Below are positions 1-13,170 of a stretch of 43,983 nucleotides of DNA, in pieces. The position numbers and the translations under genes were made by a program. Source of the stretch: Vicugna vicugna (taxonomy: Eukaryota); the NCBI GenBank assembly GCA_013265495.1, contig MU058016.1:186001-229983 (forward strand), read 5' to 3'. Position 1 is the stretch's first letter. The number at the start of each line of letters is the position of its first letter. The notes under the pieces are model-generated. The model saw nothing but the letters and a program-made list of their open reading frames with translations, ran no database searches and had not been told where the DNA came from.

Positions 1-169
1 TTCAGTTGTGAGTGGAAAACAAATTCTGCCTATAAATCTCTTTTAATTTTGCTTCAATTGACCCTCCCCCTGCCAAAAAAAAGAAGAGTAAGTTTCTCAC
101 TACTGAATCAAATAATTTCTAAGGTCTCTTCCATCCCTTAGATTCTTTGGTCTTCAAAAACTGGTCATT

Positions 170-480
170 ATCATTTATTCACTTAACAAGTATTTACTGA
201 CCATCTCCTACACTCCAGGCACTATGCTAGGCCCTTGGAGAGTCTTCAGTGAACAATGACCCTGCCCTCATGGAGTTTTTGTTCCAGCAAGAGGAAGAGA
301 TACACATTGTTAGACAGTCTGGCCAGGGTAAGCCTCATTGAGAAGTTAGCACCTGAGCAGAAACCAGGAGATGAGAGAGTGGGCCACATGGATGCATCAG
401 GCAAGAGCAAAGTTGCTAAGGTAGGAACATTGCTGTGGTGCAGCAGAAACAGCACGGGGCAAAGATGGCCGGTATAGAAA
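170..480 (-). mobile_element. L2 LINE 3' fragment (ancient)
   Basis: atttattcacttaacaagtatttactga...ccaggcactatgctagg...ccctgccctcatggag is the typical reverse complement of an L2 3' end. Confidence 0.7.
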
Positions 481-1149
481 GGAGGGAGGTATCAACCCGA
501 ACCACAACGCTATCTGAGCCAAGAAAATGAAGTTGTTTGGTACTGAGGAGTTGTCCAGGCTGGGCTAAAGCCAATATATATCTCAGGAATTCTCTCAGGA
601 GTGCCTTTTGGGAAGATAGGGGTCTGACTGACAGCCAAAGAATGGTATTGAAGATTTGGATCCATAAAACTATCAGTAAGCCAAATGGGCAAAATAATAA
701 ATGATTAATGATTGCTACTTTTAAGTAGAATAGGACATTCAGGGTCTGGAAAGTATTTATTTTCAAGTTTTTTTTTTTAGCACCATGGCAGACATTTTAT
801 TATCCCATGATGCATTGCTTTTGTTACTACGTGATGAAGACAGATATTCACATTACAGACACGAAAAAAGAAGACAAAACACTGCTGGCTGAGCTTTCTG
901 TGGGCCAGGACATGATAGGTTGGAGATCTTTCGGGTTTTATTTTGCAGTATCATATCTGTCTCTGAGGGCAACTAGCTCCTGGTGAGAAAGCTCAAAATA
1001 GTCTGCATAGCTTAAGGAAAAAAAAAAAAAAAAGAACCTGGGGCACTCTGGGTTGTTAGCAAGTTTTTTATTACCTGGCAGAACCTCTCCTACCCTGCAC
1101 AGTTCTCTGGCCTCACTGACAATATTCATTATAAAGCTTTCACCACTTA

Positions 1150-1330
1150 ATCTATGTTAATCAACTCATTTAATCCTCACAATAGCCCTAAGAGGTGGAT
1201 AGTGTCACTATTTCACATGTGAAGACCCTGGGGTTCAGAGGAGTCAAATACTTGCCCAAGGTCACACAATACTATGACCAAGATTCCCACACTGTTTATG
1301 TTACTGCAAATCCTATTTTCTTAACCACTC
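1150..1330 (-). mobile_element. MIR SINE
   Basis: tttaatcctcacaatagcccta...cttgcccaaggtcacaca matches the MIR core, reverse complement. Confidence 0.8.
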
Positions 1331-1359
1331 ACTATCCACATCCCACATCAGCTATTTTA

Positions 1360-1362
<3 letters not shown>

Positions 1363-1393
<31 letters not shown>
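1363..1393. repeat. (CA)n microsatellite
   Basis: About 15 uninterrupted AC units. Confidence 0.95.
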
Positions 1394-1397
<4 letters not shown>

Positions 1398-1965
1398 GGG
1401 ACATCTTGGGAATCCTGGGACATGTTCACCTCCAGCCCATTCCTTGCAGCATGGAAGATGTGAATGCAGCCATATCTGATCTTCCTTCATGAGTGTCCCT
1501 CTGTAGGGTGTTGGCAGCCTGGACTCAAAGTATCTTAGCTGCTTAGCTGAGCCTGGCAGACACCGCCATCAGCCCCAGGGCAGTCTTTTATTCTCTCTCT
1601 AGTATCATCTCACTGTCCTCCACCTGTGATGGGCAAGACTCTGGCTTTGGGTGGACACAGCTACAGGAACTGGGCATTACCCACAGCACTCCCATATCAG
1701 TCAGGGCAGGAGCTGCCCACCTGAAGCTCAGTTCCTCCTGCCCCAAGAGGCTCTCTGGATTCTTCCGCACCTGAGAGCTTCTGCTCAAGTGTGACAACTG
1801 TGCTGAGGTCAGGCTGAGGCCAGTCTCAGTTCTCCAGAGCAGAGAGGGAGCCCCTCCAACCTCTGGGCCACAAGGAAGACCCTTAGGATTCCACAGAGAG
1901 ATGTGAGCCAAGCAGAGGAAAGGTAACTGGGGTGAAAAATTACATAATGTTGGGAGCAAGTTTTA

Positions 1966-2170
1966 CATATGTAGAGAAATATATATATATATATATAAAT
2001 ATGTTATATATAACTATATAAATGTGTATCTTGAATATATATTTATATATGCAGAAGAATACATTTATATATATGTACATACATGGTTCATAGTTACATA
2101 TATAACTTTATATAAATGTATCTTGAATATATAGTTATATTTATACACAGAGAAATAAATATATTTTATC
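1966..2170. repeat. TA-rich low-complexity region with internal degenerate repeats
   Basis: (TA)n run plus two copies of tataaatg(tg)tatcttgaatatata. Confidence 0.85.
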
Positions 2171-2475
2171 TCTCTGAGAAAAACAAATATAACAGGAGGT
2201 CTAAACTAATTGGTCTAAACAAAGCTGCTGTGATGTAGGAAAAAGAGTCAAAGGAGAAGGTTAAAATTTCCCAGCTGAGTTACAGATAATCTTCAACCTT
2301 CACTTTCTAAACACTGAGAACAATTTTACTTATGCCCAGGACTAACGGGAAGAAATGAGATAATGCTTATGAAAGTGATATGTTACTATAAGCATTATGT
2401 AGAAATAGAAGAGTGTAATAATAAATTCCTTAAACGTCTCTTGGGCTAGACGTGCCCCACAAACCATTTACCATC

Positions 2476-2929
2476 TGTGTTAGTGTCCTGTGGCCGCCAT
2501 AATACTGTACCACAAACTGGGTGGCTTAAAATAGCAGATGTTTGCTGTCTCACAATTCTGAAGGTTAGAGGTCTGACATAAAAGTGTTAGCAGGTTGGTT
2601 CTTTCTAAGGCCTCTGAGGGAGAATCTGTTCTATCCGTCACTCTTAGCTCCTGGTGACAGCCAGCAATCCCTGGTGTTGCTTGATTTGTAGACACATCCC
2701 TCCAATCTCTGCCTCTGTCTTCACAGGCTGTTCTCCTTGTGTCTCACTCCATGTGGCCATCTTCTTATAAGGACATAGGCCATATCGGATTAGGGGCCCA
2801 CCAACCCCAGGATGACGTCAACTAGTACAACTAGTCACATCTGCAGGGACCTAGGAGGTGACATTCTGCAGTACTAGGAGTGAGGTCTTCAGCATATCTT
2901 TTTGTAGGGGCACAATTCAGCCCATAACA
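2476..2929 (-). mobile_element. MaLR solo LTR, MLT1C-like
   Basis: TG...CA termini and a perfect 5-bp TSD CCATC (2471-2475 / 2930-2934). 454 bp; the end reverse-complements to TGTTATGGGCTGAATTGTGCCCC, an MLT1 start. Confidence 0.9.
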
Positions 2930-3009
2930 CCATCTAATCATTACTAATAGTTATAATAAGAACACACGTGTACAACCCTTGCAGATGTTATAAAGCACTT
3001 CAGATACAT

Positions 3010-3165
3010 TAAGTAAATTGATACCCTTTAGCCAACTCGGTAGGGCTGGAGTCATTATCTCCACAGGACAAGTAAGAAGCTCTCTTCTGGAAAACTTCAG
3101 AGGGGTCAAAGATATTAAGTGGCAGAGGCAGAACTTGAACACCCAATCTTCCAACTCTGAGTGTT
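3010..3165 (-). mobile_element. Degenerate MIR fragment
   Basis: taagtggcagaggcagaacttgaacacccaatcttccaactctgag resembles the MIR head, reverse complement. Confidence 0.55.
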
Positions 3166-5429
3166 CTTTCCCCTGGGAACTCACAAAACTAACACACAAA
3201 CCCCAAGAATAGCAAGGTAATAGAAGTGTCTCAAGAGCACCACAAAATGCTGTAAGAGCTCCACACACCATCACAATGATTTGCTGCTGCAGTCTGCATG
3301 TTTTCTCTGTGTCACCCGGACTCTACCATGTCCGTATTCACACAGGGACTCACTAACACTGGCAACCTCAATGCCTCCATCTCAGTGCCGGTCACAAAAG
3401 GTACATCAGTAATCCTATTATTTTAGTGAAGGTGTTACTGTACATGGGGAGCTAGCCTCGTGTATTATGTAACTTGTCCCTGGAAAAAATCCACAACCAG
3501 TGTCTTTCTCCAATCTCCTCTTGGTCGGGTTACTATTTGGAGTCCTCTCCTTTCCAGGATCCTCTACACAGACCCCGTGCTGACCCAACCCCATTGGCCT
3601 TGGGCTGCCTCTTTCTGTTATAGGTTATTTAAAACATGACTTGGCTGCCTCACCCACCTATAGCATTCAGCCTGTGTAAAACTCAGCAATGGAGGCTTCT
3701 AGAGTCATGAAAGCCATCTGCCAGGGTGGCTGGGAACAAGCAAAGGAGAAACTATAGAAAATACATTTTCAACTTCATCACTCCACACACATATTCACGG
3801 ATTATTTTCATGAGGCAGCAAAATAGTCTCTGAACTGTCACTTTATTTATTTCACTCTTCTTCTCTACAGGACTCTAAGCCCTGAGGACATAAATAGCCA
3901 CATAATAAATCTCACAGAAATGAAAATTCTCTTCAGTTATGCCCTTTTGTGTTCTAGAAAAGGGTTTGAATTTTCAAATTTTTGTCTCTTGAGTATTACA
4001 GGTTACCGAAACGGTTATCAGAATCTCCTGAGTAAATTTAGCGCTCTATTCACAAGAACAGAACAGGCAGGGAAGTGAGAGGCACCATGTACCAGTGCGT
4101 CTGCCAGCAGCAGCACAGCTGGTGTATGCCACACCAAACTGCCGAGAAACAGAATCAGAGTTTGCGGAAAATCTGTTCAGATTCAGCTGTCAGCTACAAA
4201 ATCAATGATTTGTGGAAAGCCCAAATATCCCTCTGAAAAGGCCCCCTGGGAATACTTCCTGCTGTGGTTAGTAACTCCATCTGCACAGTCTGGGGTATTC
4301 AGCCATTTCTTTCCTTTCCCAGTTAAATTTAGATATATAAGTCCCACTGATATAATACACTAATGAAACAGTGAATTTTTTAAATTCAAGGTTGCTATGA
4401 GTGAAGAGCCTCAGTTTTTAAACTTTTCGATGATCTGATGCTTTGAACAACAGTCTTATCAGGAATCTCTCTTAGAAGACCGAGAATGTTCATGGGTTGA
4501 ATTTTATTCCAGTCGCAGATTTAGAAAAGTCAATTGGAAAATAATATTCTCTTTCCTTATGGTGATAAAATAGGAAATATACATATAAGCGCTATCTTGA
4601 TTTTGTAGGAATCATGCAAATAGAACTAAAAGAGCATCATTTGGGGCTTCATTAAGCATCATTAATAAACAATAATAATAATAAATCCCAATAGTAAATC
4701 TCAGGCATGAGAATAAATTTCAAAAAGGAATACTCTCTACTTAAATATAAAATAAATTTTAAAATAAATTTTAAGAACTAAAAGAAAGTAAATAACTACA
4801 GTTCTTCACTTATTTGTCACTTAACGTTCCGTGGTTGTAGGCAAATACACTCACATAGCACAGGGTGCTGCCCTGCAAGGCTTCCTTCAATGTGTCAAAT
4901 ACCAACAACATTGAGGCTGACCCTGAAGGCAGGACCATGGGCTGGCATCTGAGCAGACGTGGCAGCCCTGTGCCACTGGGCCCTCTGCTGGCTTAGGTCT
5001 GTTTCCTCGTGCTCTTTCTAGACACAGTCCTGCCACCAGCCAACAGCACACCAAAGAGTGAGTGCACATGGGCACCTTGTGAGCCTGGGCTGCAGTGCAG
5101 TTGTAAGCACTGGTCTCACTGCCTCCCACCACATGTTTCTATGTGGCATCTCAGAACTTACAGCCAAACAGCAAAGTAGGCCATTAGCTCTGTCTAAAGA
5201 AGAATGAACTGAAACCCTTGGCTGGTAAGTGCTGAAACCTATTTTCCACCCTCAGTATATCTTGCCTTCCAACTTGCCAAGCTGCTTCTGCATATCTGCA
5301 TAACTTGAAAGCTCATAGGCCACATTTCACATTTCAGCACTTCATTATATATCCTTTAAGACTGCCTTTACACTTTTAAGACTGGTCATGATTCACATGA
5401 CCAGCCTTAAATAAGTCAGTGATGGTCAG

Positions 5430-5625
5430 TCTTTAGAATACATCAGTCATCTATGTGCTCATTTAAAATACACATTCTTGTTCTTCCTCTCACCCCCCAA
5501 ATTATGATTTAGTAGGTCTATCTTGGTGCCAAGGAACCTGCATTTTAGCAACTTTCCTCCCTTCCCTTTCCCCTTCCCCTTCCCCATGATACTAATGCAA
5601 GTTTCTCTGCAGAAAAACCCTGAAT
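5430..5625. mobile_element. MER5-like hAT MITE remnant with embedded (TTCCCC)n
   Basis: tgatttagtaggtcta...ggaacctgcattttagcaact motif; pyrimidine repeat at about 5555-5585. Confidence 0.5.
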
Positions 5626-5754
5626 CAGACTAAGTTCTTTGAGGGACAGAACCTTTATATATTGTGTATGGACTAAAGTAGACATCTAGTAAATACTTAC
5701 CAATATATTTCTATTTCAACTGATATGTTTATTGGTTAAGTTATTAGACACAGA

Positions 5755-6250
5755 TACAGTGCTTTCAGTTGCATATAACAAAAACTCCAACCAAAATGGC
5801 TTAAATGTAAGGACATTGATTAGTACACATCAAAAAATCTAGTTTGGTTAATTTGGAGGCTTAACATCATCATCAAGCACCCAGGTGTTTTCTCTCCTTC
5901 TTCCCTGCTATCCTCTTTCCCCTCATGAACACAATATGGCTGCAGCAGTTCTAGGCATCACACACAGACATGACAATATCCAGGGAAAAAGAGGGAAATC
6001 TTTTCTTGGATATCTCTTCTTAAAGGCAAAGCAAGCTTACCCAGAAGCCCCACAGTAAGTTTCTCCTTGCATCTCATCAGCCAATATTATTTCACATGCT
6101 TCTACTAAACCAACTACATCTCAGCCCAGAAAAATGGGCTCACCATGAGTAGCTTGTGCCTCCTCGCCCTGAAGGACATGGGGGACAAGAGGATGGACCA
6201 AATCAGGCAGCAGCAGAATGTTAGGAAGGTAATCAACAGTGTCTGCCACA
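5755..6250 (-). mobile_element. Old MaLR LTR (MLT1I/J/K-like)
   Basis: tttcagttgca...aaatggcttaaa...aatatggctgcagcagttctaggcatcaca...gtctgccaCA. Confidence 0.7.
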
Positions 6251-6844
6251 CTGGGAACACCTAAGAGAAAACAAATTCTAAATTTTGGGAGGAAGGCAGA
6301 ATGATTTATAAGTGTCTGTGTAGAATGGAAGACGAGATCACACACTCTTTCACTGGCAAATCCAGGCTGCACATCATCTAGAGGCCAGAAAGAAGCACCA
6401 GCTCCAGAAAAATAATGAGCAAATCTGCAGTATCTGCAGTCCACCGCTGGGCTACATGTCACCATCAGCAGGACCTGACATCCTCTTCCCTTCTGCCTGT
6501 GACTCATGCACCCAAACCAGCGAAGCACTGTCAGCACATTGGGATTTTAGAGGAATGGATTTTATACACTGGAGGTTGCATTTGGTAATTTTCCAGAAGA
6601 AAATTTTTGAGCCAAATGAGTGGTTGTTGGAATATGACTAATGAAACCCTTAGCTAAGCCTTCTCCGCTCCTCAGATGCACAGGTGATAGGAAAGATAAA
6701 TCTCACCCAGGCTGAAGCTATTTTATACCATTTGAGAGAGGAAACTGTAAACCTTAAGGCTTTAGCAACTTTTAGCTGTGAGGAATCACTTTTTCCTCCA
6801 TTTTTCTAATAACTGAGCCTTAAGGGAACAGTCTGGCCAGAGCA

Positions 6845-7490
6845 ATCAGTCAGTCAGTCAACAAATATTTAATGACCACCTAGTATGTGTCAGGCACTCT
6901 TCTCAGTGTTGAGGACATGGTAGAGAACAAGTCAGATAACGTGCCTGCCCACAGGGAGCTTTCATTCCAGTGATGGAGGGCAGAAAATAAACACAAACAA
7001 GTAAATAAGATGATTTTAGGCAATGCCAGATATTATGGAGAAGATGAAATGGGGTATTATGACAGAAAGTTACTCCGTAGAAGGTTTATCTCAGGAGGGG
7101 ATATCGGAGTTGGTACCTAAAGAATGGGAAGGAGGAAGCCAAGAAGAGACTGTTGGGAAGAGCATTTCAAGCAGAAGGAAGAGCAATTGCCAAGGCTCTG
7201 AGCTAGGAACTGCCTGGCGTGTCTGACGAACAGAAAGAAGGCCTGTGTGGTTGAATGAGTGAATGGAGGGAAGAGTGGGAGGAGATGAGGTTGGAAAAGA
7301 GAGGATGGATAAGGCACCAGAGGGTTTTAAGTAGGCAAGTGCTACACTTTAAGAGAGAGACCACTCTAGCTGCGGGTGGGAGGATGCACTCTTCGTGAGA
7401 AGGCAAAACTAGAGGAGATAATGGTGACCAGGGCCAAGAAACGAAGAAAGAACTAAGGAGAGAGTGGCTATGGATCCTGGAGACACCTCT
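6845..7490 (-). mobile_element. L2 LINE 3' fragment
   Basis: (CAGT)n tail, caacaaatatttaatga...gtgtcaggcact...aaggcctgtgtggttgaa; purine-rich L2 signature. Confidence 0.8.
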
Positions 7491-7689
7491 ATGTGTCATT
7501 TCTACTGCCACTCTATGAGGTCACATCAGTATCATCAATCAAAGTGTGTCCCCTGCTTCTGCTTATTATCTCTTGGAATAATAGGATAATAATGATGGGA
7601 GTAAAGGTTAACATGTAATTTTGGAGTCAGACAGACATGAGTTTCGAATTCTGACCCTGGCATCTCCAAGTTTTGTGACTGCCCCTTTT

Positions 7690-8100
7690 ACTGCCTGGTA
7701 GATTTCCTCAATCTGCTCTCCCAAATCACTAATTCATTCTTCAACTATGTCCTCTGTCATAGTTATATCATCTTTTATGTTTCCTTATTTTAACTATTAT
7801 ATTTTTCATGCCTAATATTTCTCCTTGTTTATTTCTGGTTTTCTAGGTTTTGTTTTCATTTTGCTAATGTCTTCCTATATCTTCACTATTAAGTCCTTTA
7901 TTAGCCTTTTAAAAATTTCAGGTTGCATATATTTTAGTACTCCTCTTTTGTGGGAATCTGTAATCCAGTGGATTGTTTATTTGTTGGCTAGTTGGTTTTT
8001 GAAGACTGTGTTCCTCAAATGTCCTAATACTTTGGCCTGTGAGTTCATCTTTCCCTGAAGATTTCAGCCAGACCCTGGTCGCCAATGAAGTCTTGTCAGC
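7690..8100 (-). mobile_element. Old L1 fragment (5'/ORF1 region)
   Basis: T-rich antisense L1-like sequence, cccaaatcactaattcattcttcaactatgtc. Confidence 0.5.
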
Positions 8101-8384
8101 TGCAGTGAACTCAAGAGGGGGGGGGTGTGGATGAGCCCCGGGCAGGGAAAACCACAGTCAACCACACCCCATCCTACAGAATAATTTCTCCCACCAGGAA
8201 GAAGAAACATTAGACGTTACTGTCCCATCCCTGGGGCATATGGAGGTGGTGACATTTTATAGTATATGGAAAATGCTTTGACTTTGTCTTTTTTCAGAGC
8301 TAATCTAAAATAATCAATTATAGGAAAAGATGCCCTTAGCACAGATTGCTAGAGATCTGAAAACTGTTTTGTCCTTAATGCTAA

Positions 8385-8510
8385 GATTATTTTATTGGGG
8401 TATAATTGTTATGTATTAAAATATACAAACCAGAGTATATATCTGGATGGGTTTGGCAAATATAATCAACCATGTGACAATCACCAAATCAAAATATAAA
8501 ACTTTTTGAT
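8385..8510 (-). mobile_element. L1 3'-end fragment
   Basis: ttttattggggtataatt...aaatataatcaaccatgtgacaatcaccaaatcaaaatataaaac. Confidence 0.6.
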
Positions 8511-8544
8511 GTTTCGGAGAAGACAGTTAGATAACAGTGATACT

Positions 8545-8706
8545 GCGGCAGTTTTGAAGTGACCACAAATTCTTTGATACTCCATTTTTTAAGAGGTGGA
8601 ACCTAATTCCCCTCCCCTGGAGTGTAGCCAGAACTTGGTGACTTGCTTCCGGGGAATGGACTAAGCAAAAGTGATGGGTATGACTTCAGAGATCAGGTCA
8701 GAAAAA
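8545..8706 (+). mobile_element. MLT1F/G-like LTR 5' fragment
   Basis: ccacaaattctttgatactcc...gaggtggaacctaattcccctcccctggagtgt...gtgacttgcttc. Confidence 0.7.
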
Positions 8707-9280
8707 TAAGCAAATTAAGTAAAGAAAAAGGCACCACAAAAATTAACTTGTCCTTCCAGAAGTTTACCTGTAAAAGGAAGAGGTAATTTGCTAAGGCCAA
8801 TAGAAGCTTCAGGATTTCATATGTTTCTTTGTTCTGATACTAAATAGCCCTAGTTGTTGTGTTTTCCTTTTCTAATTCTTTTTTTTTTTTACTTTTTATT
8901 GAAATTCTGACTCTTTTATCTTTGCCTTTGAGTTATTGTATCTTTCAGCTGTTAGAAAGCAGCCCAGTTCTCAATACAGAGTTATCATGCATTAAATTAA
9001 CGTGCATCCAACTTGGCTTGTCAGAATGGTGGGTAAAATATAGAACAGTTCCTGCTTGGGAAACATGTAAAATACATTATACAAGATCAAAGCATAGTCA
9101 GACCTGCTTCTCAGATGAGACCTAAGCCAAGACTCTAGCCATGCAGGTGTTTCAAGTCCTACTAGACTTCTCCCAGGGGAGAAAACACAGGCGTAGAAGT
9201 GAGGATGACAGTTCTGGTTCTGCTTCTGGTCCCTCCAGCTCATGCTTGTAACGTCCCTGGTGTTTCCTTTTCCTGCCCAG

Positions 9281-9524
9281 GGGTCGTTCTTTTCTTCCTG
9301 CCATTCCACACACCCAGAGAAGTCAGCTGGAAGACAGACTCAACAACCAGGAGCGCACCATCACTTTCCTCCTTGAGCAGGCCTTCCGCATCAAGGAGGA
9401 CATCTCTGCTTGTCTTCAGGGAACCCATGGCTTTCGGAAGGAGGAGTTGCTTGCCAGAAAACTTCTGGAAAACCACATCCAGACCATCACCAGCATCGTC
9501 AAAAAACTCAGCCAGAACATTGAG
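9281..9524 (+). CDS. FAM81B: FAM81B internal coding exon (first in window; probably exon 4 by human numbering)
   Basis: Acceptor tttccttttcctgcccAG ends 9280 and donor GAG|GTAGTT starts 9525. 244 nt (1 + 81 codons) reads GRSFLPAIPHTQRSQLEDRLNNQERTITFLLEQAFRIKEDISACLQGTHGFRKEELLARKLLENHIQTITSIVKKLSQNIE, matching recalled human FAM81B (...QLEDRLNNQARTIAFLLEQAFRIKEDISACLQGTHGFRKEE...). This frame is not in the ORF track. Confidence 0.95.
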
Positions 9525-9829
9525 GTAGTTCTTTATTTCCCATATTGCTTGACAAAGATTATCAACAACCAATGTCATTTTTCAATGAGAGAAATGAGTC
9601 ACTATTGTTTAAGTTGAAACAATTATAATTTTGTTTCCTCAGAGGGAAACAGTCAATATTTCAACTGCTCATTTATGCCAAAAATAGAAGGAAATTCTAT
9701 TCAGAAAACATTTGTTGAGTGTCTCTTTGTGACAGCAAAGATAATTCTTTAACATTATGTCAGACACTGTGCTAAGGTGCTTATTTTAGTCTAAATCTCT
9801 CAGATTCTGTTAATGTAATCATTTCAAAC

Positions 9830-10335
9830 AGGCTTTCATAAGGCAATGGCAATGCTGGTTCATAGGCCCATCATACCCTGACCCCAAAAGTCTCTTTATC
9901 CCATCCCCCACCCCTCTCTCCTTCACTCTGGCCACACTGCTCTTCCTAAAACACCCCAAATTTGCTCTGGCCTCAGGGCCTTTGCATGTGCTGTGCGTCA
10001 TTTTCCCCCAGACACTTTTCTGAAGTGTTCTTCATCCCTTTCAGGGCCCTGCTCAGAAATCACTGTATCAGAGAGAATTTACTTGACATTCCATAAAATA
10101 GCCCCTCTCCCCACCCCAACAGTCACAATCTCCCTTAGGCCCTCCATTATTTTTATCTACAACACTTACCACAAACTGCCATGGTCTATATTCATCTATT
10201 GTGTTTCTCCTTCTAAAATATAATCTCTGTGAGGGCAACGACTTTGTTCTGTTTACTGCTAAACCTCACACCTAACTGACAACTAACAGGTAGTCAGCAC
10301 TCTGTAAATATTTCTTGAATAGATGAACAAATGAT
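9830..10335 (+). mobile_element. L2 LINE 3' fragment
   Basis: cctcagggcctttgcatgtgctgt...ctctgtgagggcaacgactttgttctgttt...taaatatttcttgaatagatgaa. Confidence 0.85.
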
Positions 10336-10984
10336 GTTTTCAGTGTTAAAGGAAAAATGGAGTTTCTGATCAAAAAAGATAATGTTTGGGTTAAACCAAG
10401 ATAGACAGATTCTTACTACAGGTCTTCCAGAGGTCTTAAAGTGCTAATGAGCCTGATGAATCTGGGGTGGCATCTTTCAGGCAAATGTTCCAGAGAATTT
10501 AAAAATCTGGTCCAAAATGGATGGAATTATGAGAACTGGCAACAGTGCCCTCACACAATACATATCCTTTCCTATTATCAGATAGAATAGTGGATTAGGC
10601 CAAACAAACATCATGAGATTGACCCAGCAATGACTTCCTCATGACTTTGTATTTAACGCTAAGGATTTTTGTTAATTTATAATCAATCTGTAAACTCCAT
10701 AATGCATTTGAGGGAGTGTGGAAAGCTTCAAAATCTTAGTGAACTTTTAAGAGGCACTTTGTTGGTATTTAGCACATACTGAGTTGATCTCAGTGCCTAA
10801 ACAGTCAATGCCACCTCTCAAATTTGTCAAAGGTGTTTCCAGGCACAATAACCTGTCATGAATGTAACAAGAGATATGTGGCTCAGTGCCTCTGAGATGA
10901 TGAGAAAATCAAGTATAGCACTGGCACTAAAACAAGATCCTAATTTAGGAGTCAAAATGTCTTGATAATTGAAAAGAGAACAGA

Positions 10985-11130
10985 ATTCTCAGAAATGTCA
11001 CAATGCTTCTAGAATGTGCTACATTTTGATTTGGGTGGTTGTTACGTATTTGATTGTATTTGTCAAAATCCATCCAGATATATACATTGATTTATATATT
11101 TTAATACATATCAATTATTCCCCAAAGAAA
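10985..11130 (+). mobile_element. L1 3'-end fragment
   Basis: aatgtgctacattttgatttgggtggttgttac...tttgtcaaaatccatc is a typical old L1M 3' UTR end. Confidence 0.6.
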
Positions 11131-11709
11131 TACTCTTAGCATTAAAGGAAAATATGTTTCAGATCTCTAGAAACCTTGCTAAGAGCTTTTCCTATAATAC
11201 TCGATTATCTCAGATTAGCTCTGAAAAAAGACAAAACCAAAACATTTTCCAAATACTATAAAAGTCTCAAAATACTTGCAATCCTGTTAAGGGTTTGGCA
11301 TATATAGGGAAAATGACAAGGACTAGCTTAATTGCTCAGAAAACTGAATTAGCAGATATTTAAAGCCTGTAGTTAACAGAGTTAAAACATTAAAAGAAGC
11401 AACTGTTACACTACCTTCAGTAAATAACCAAGACTATAAAGTAATAAGCACTTTATAGAGAAATTAATCCTATTCAAGTATTTTTTAAAGACCTAAACTC
11501 ATTAACCAGATCAGCTCATTTGAAAATTGGCCAGCAAGATAGATCCAAGTGTGAGCTGAAGCTTGATTTGGGTCTTTAAAAGAATTGGAAAAAAAAAAAA
11601 AAACCCTATCTTTTAATCAACCACAATTACAGCAGTTAAATTGCTTGCTCCTTCTTAAAATCAAAATATTTCATTTTTAAGATGGCAGCTTAAAATTAAT
11701 TTAAATTTG

Positions 11710-13170
11710 AGTTTTTTTAATTAATTTATTTTTAATTCAAGAAAAGATAATTTTACATACAACATTGTGTTATTGTGGTTTTTTCCCCAACTTTCAAAAG
11801 CAATACTTGTTCACTGCAATTATTTCAAAAATTTAGGGAAAAATAAATGTTTTTAATCCAGGAAAAAATTTCTCACAATTCCATCACCAAATGGCAAATT
11901 CTACAAACACCCAGCTGCATCTCCCTCTGGTCTTTCCAGGCATTCCCTTTAGGAAACTAAGAATACATTTTAATATAAAATTATATCATTAAACTCTTTT
12001 ACATGTCATTAAAAGCTCTTTGTATAGTACATATACCATGATTTGCTTAAGTATTCTCCTGATACTGAAATATCTTTCTGCCATAAATATGTGTCTGCAT
12101 TTAGATTATTTACATAGTAAATGTTCTTGGAAATGGAATTAACAGGTTACAAATACTCTGAAAGTTCTTGGTACATACTGCCAAACTGATTTCCAGAAAG
12201 CTTATACTTATTTACACTTCCATTAGCATTATATAAGAGTGCTTTATTGTTTTAATCATTGCTGATTTGGTGGGAAAGAAATGAGGTCTTTCTCTTTGTT
12301 TCATTTTTTAAAAGTGGTCATAATTTGTATTTTCTCTGTCAATAATCTGTTAATACCTTTGCCAATGTATCTTTTGGGGTTTTAGTGCCTTTTAATTTTT
12401 ATTGATGAGCTTTTTTATTAAGAATCATAACCAGTGATGTGTTCATAAATGTTTAACAATCAGCAATCAGTTTTTTCCTGGGGGATAAAAACCTAGTTTA
12501 TAGTATTTGCCCATTTCTCTGGTGTAAATACTCTCACTATGATTGATATCAAAAACGAACTGAACTTACTGGACACAAACATAGGAAGAGATATATATGC
12601 ACAATCAGCTCTCACGAACAGGTACACATTGACTCAAGCATATCACTGAAAATCTTGGCAGTAACATTTGTTACAAATGTTTTTCCCAGTTTGTTGTTTA
12701 GACCTTAATTATATTTACAATGTTTTTTACAAGTTTTGTGCAAAGTTAAATGTTCCAATGTTTTCCTTTGTGATTTCTCTCATTACTTTTAGAAACAGAA
12801 ATTTCTTTCAGCAATTTCAGGGATGAAATAACCTCCTCTACTATCTGTTAGTTTTATGGCTTAATTTTTTATTTCTATTTTAAATCTACTTTTTCTAAAA
12901 TCTATATTGATGTATGACATGATGTAAGGATCTAAATGGATTGTCTTCTGAATAACTAACCAGAAATCCCAACACCATTTGTGAAATTCCTCCCTCACTG
13001 AATTTGAGTCTCATATATAGTATATTTCTTTCTTACATTTACCAAGATCTTCTTTAAATTACATTGATCTATTTAGTTATACACAGCTATTTAGCTACAC
13101 TCATTTGCTTATTCTTGTTTTATAATATGCATTAGTATTTAATAGGGCAAGTTCCCTTTTATCACTATTC
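11710..13170 (-). mobile_element. Old L1 (L1ME-like) 3' fragments, interrupted by a MITE
   Basis: ggaaatggaatt...tactgccaaactgatttccagaaag...tttacacttcccattagca...ccaacaccatttg; antisense L1 ORF2/3' UTR signatures. Confidence 0.7.
12432..12648. mobile_element. hAT-Tip100-type MITE (Arthur1-like)
   Basis: Terminal inverted repeats CAGTGATGTG / CATATCACTG; internal taaatgtttaacaatc and aatcagctctcacgaac. TSD not preserved. Confidence 0.65.

Noticed and set aside
58..85. ACCCTCCCCCTGCCAAAAAAAA resembling the Vic-1-like tail
   Set aside because: Too short and low-complexity, with no flanking TSD recognised.
1..9280. FAM81B 5' exons and promoter
   Set aside because: No segment translating like the recalled N-terminal region and no CpG island were found by eye. 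They most likely lie upstream of the window, though a short diverged exon could have been missed.
9199..9578. Overlapping ORFs 9199..9528 (+, alternative frame) and 9240..9578 (-) suggesting dual coding
   Set aside because: These are shadows of the real FAM81B exon. The alternative + frame stops two codons into the next exon (AGA TGT TAG), and open antisense frames are common opposite coding exons.
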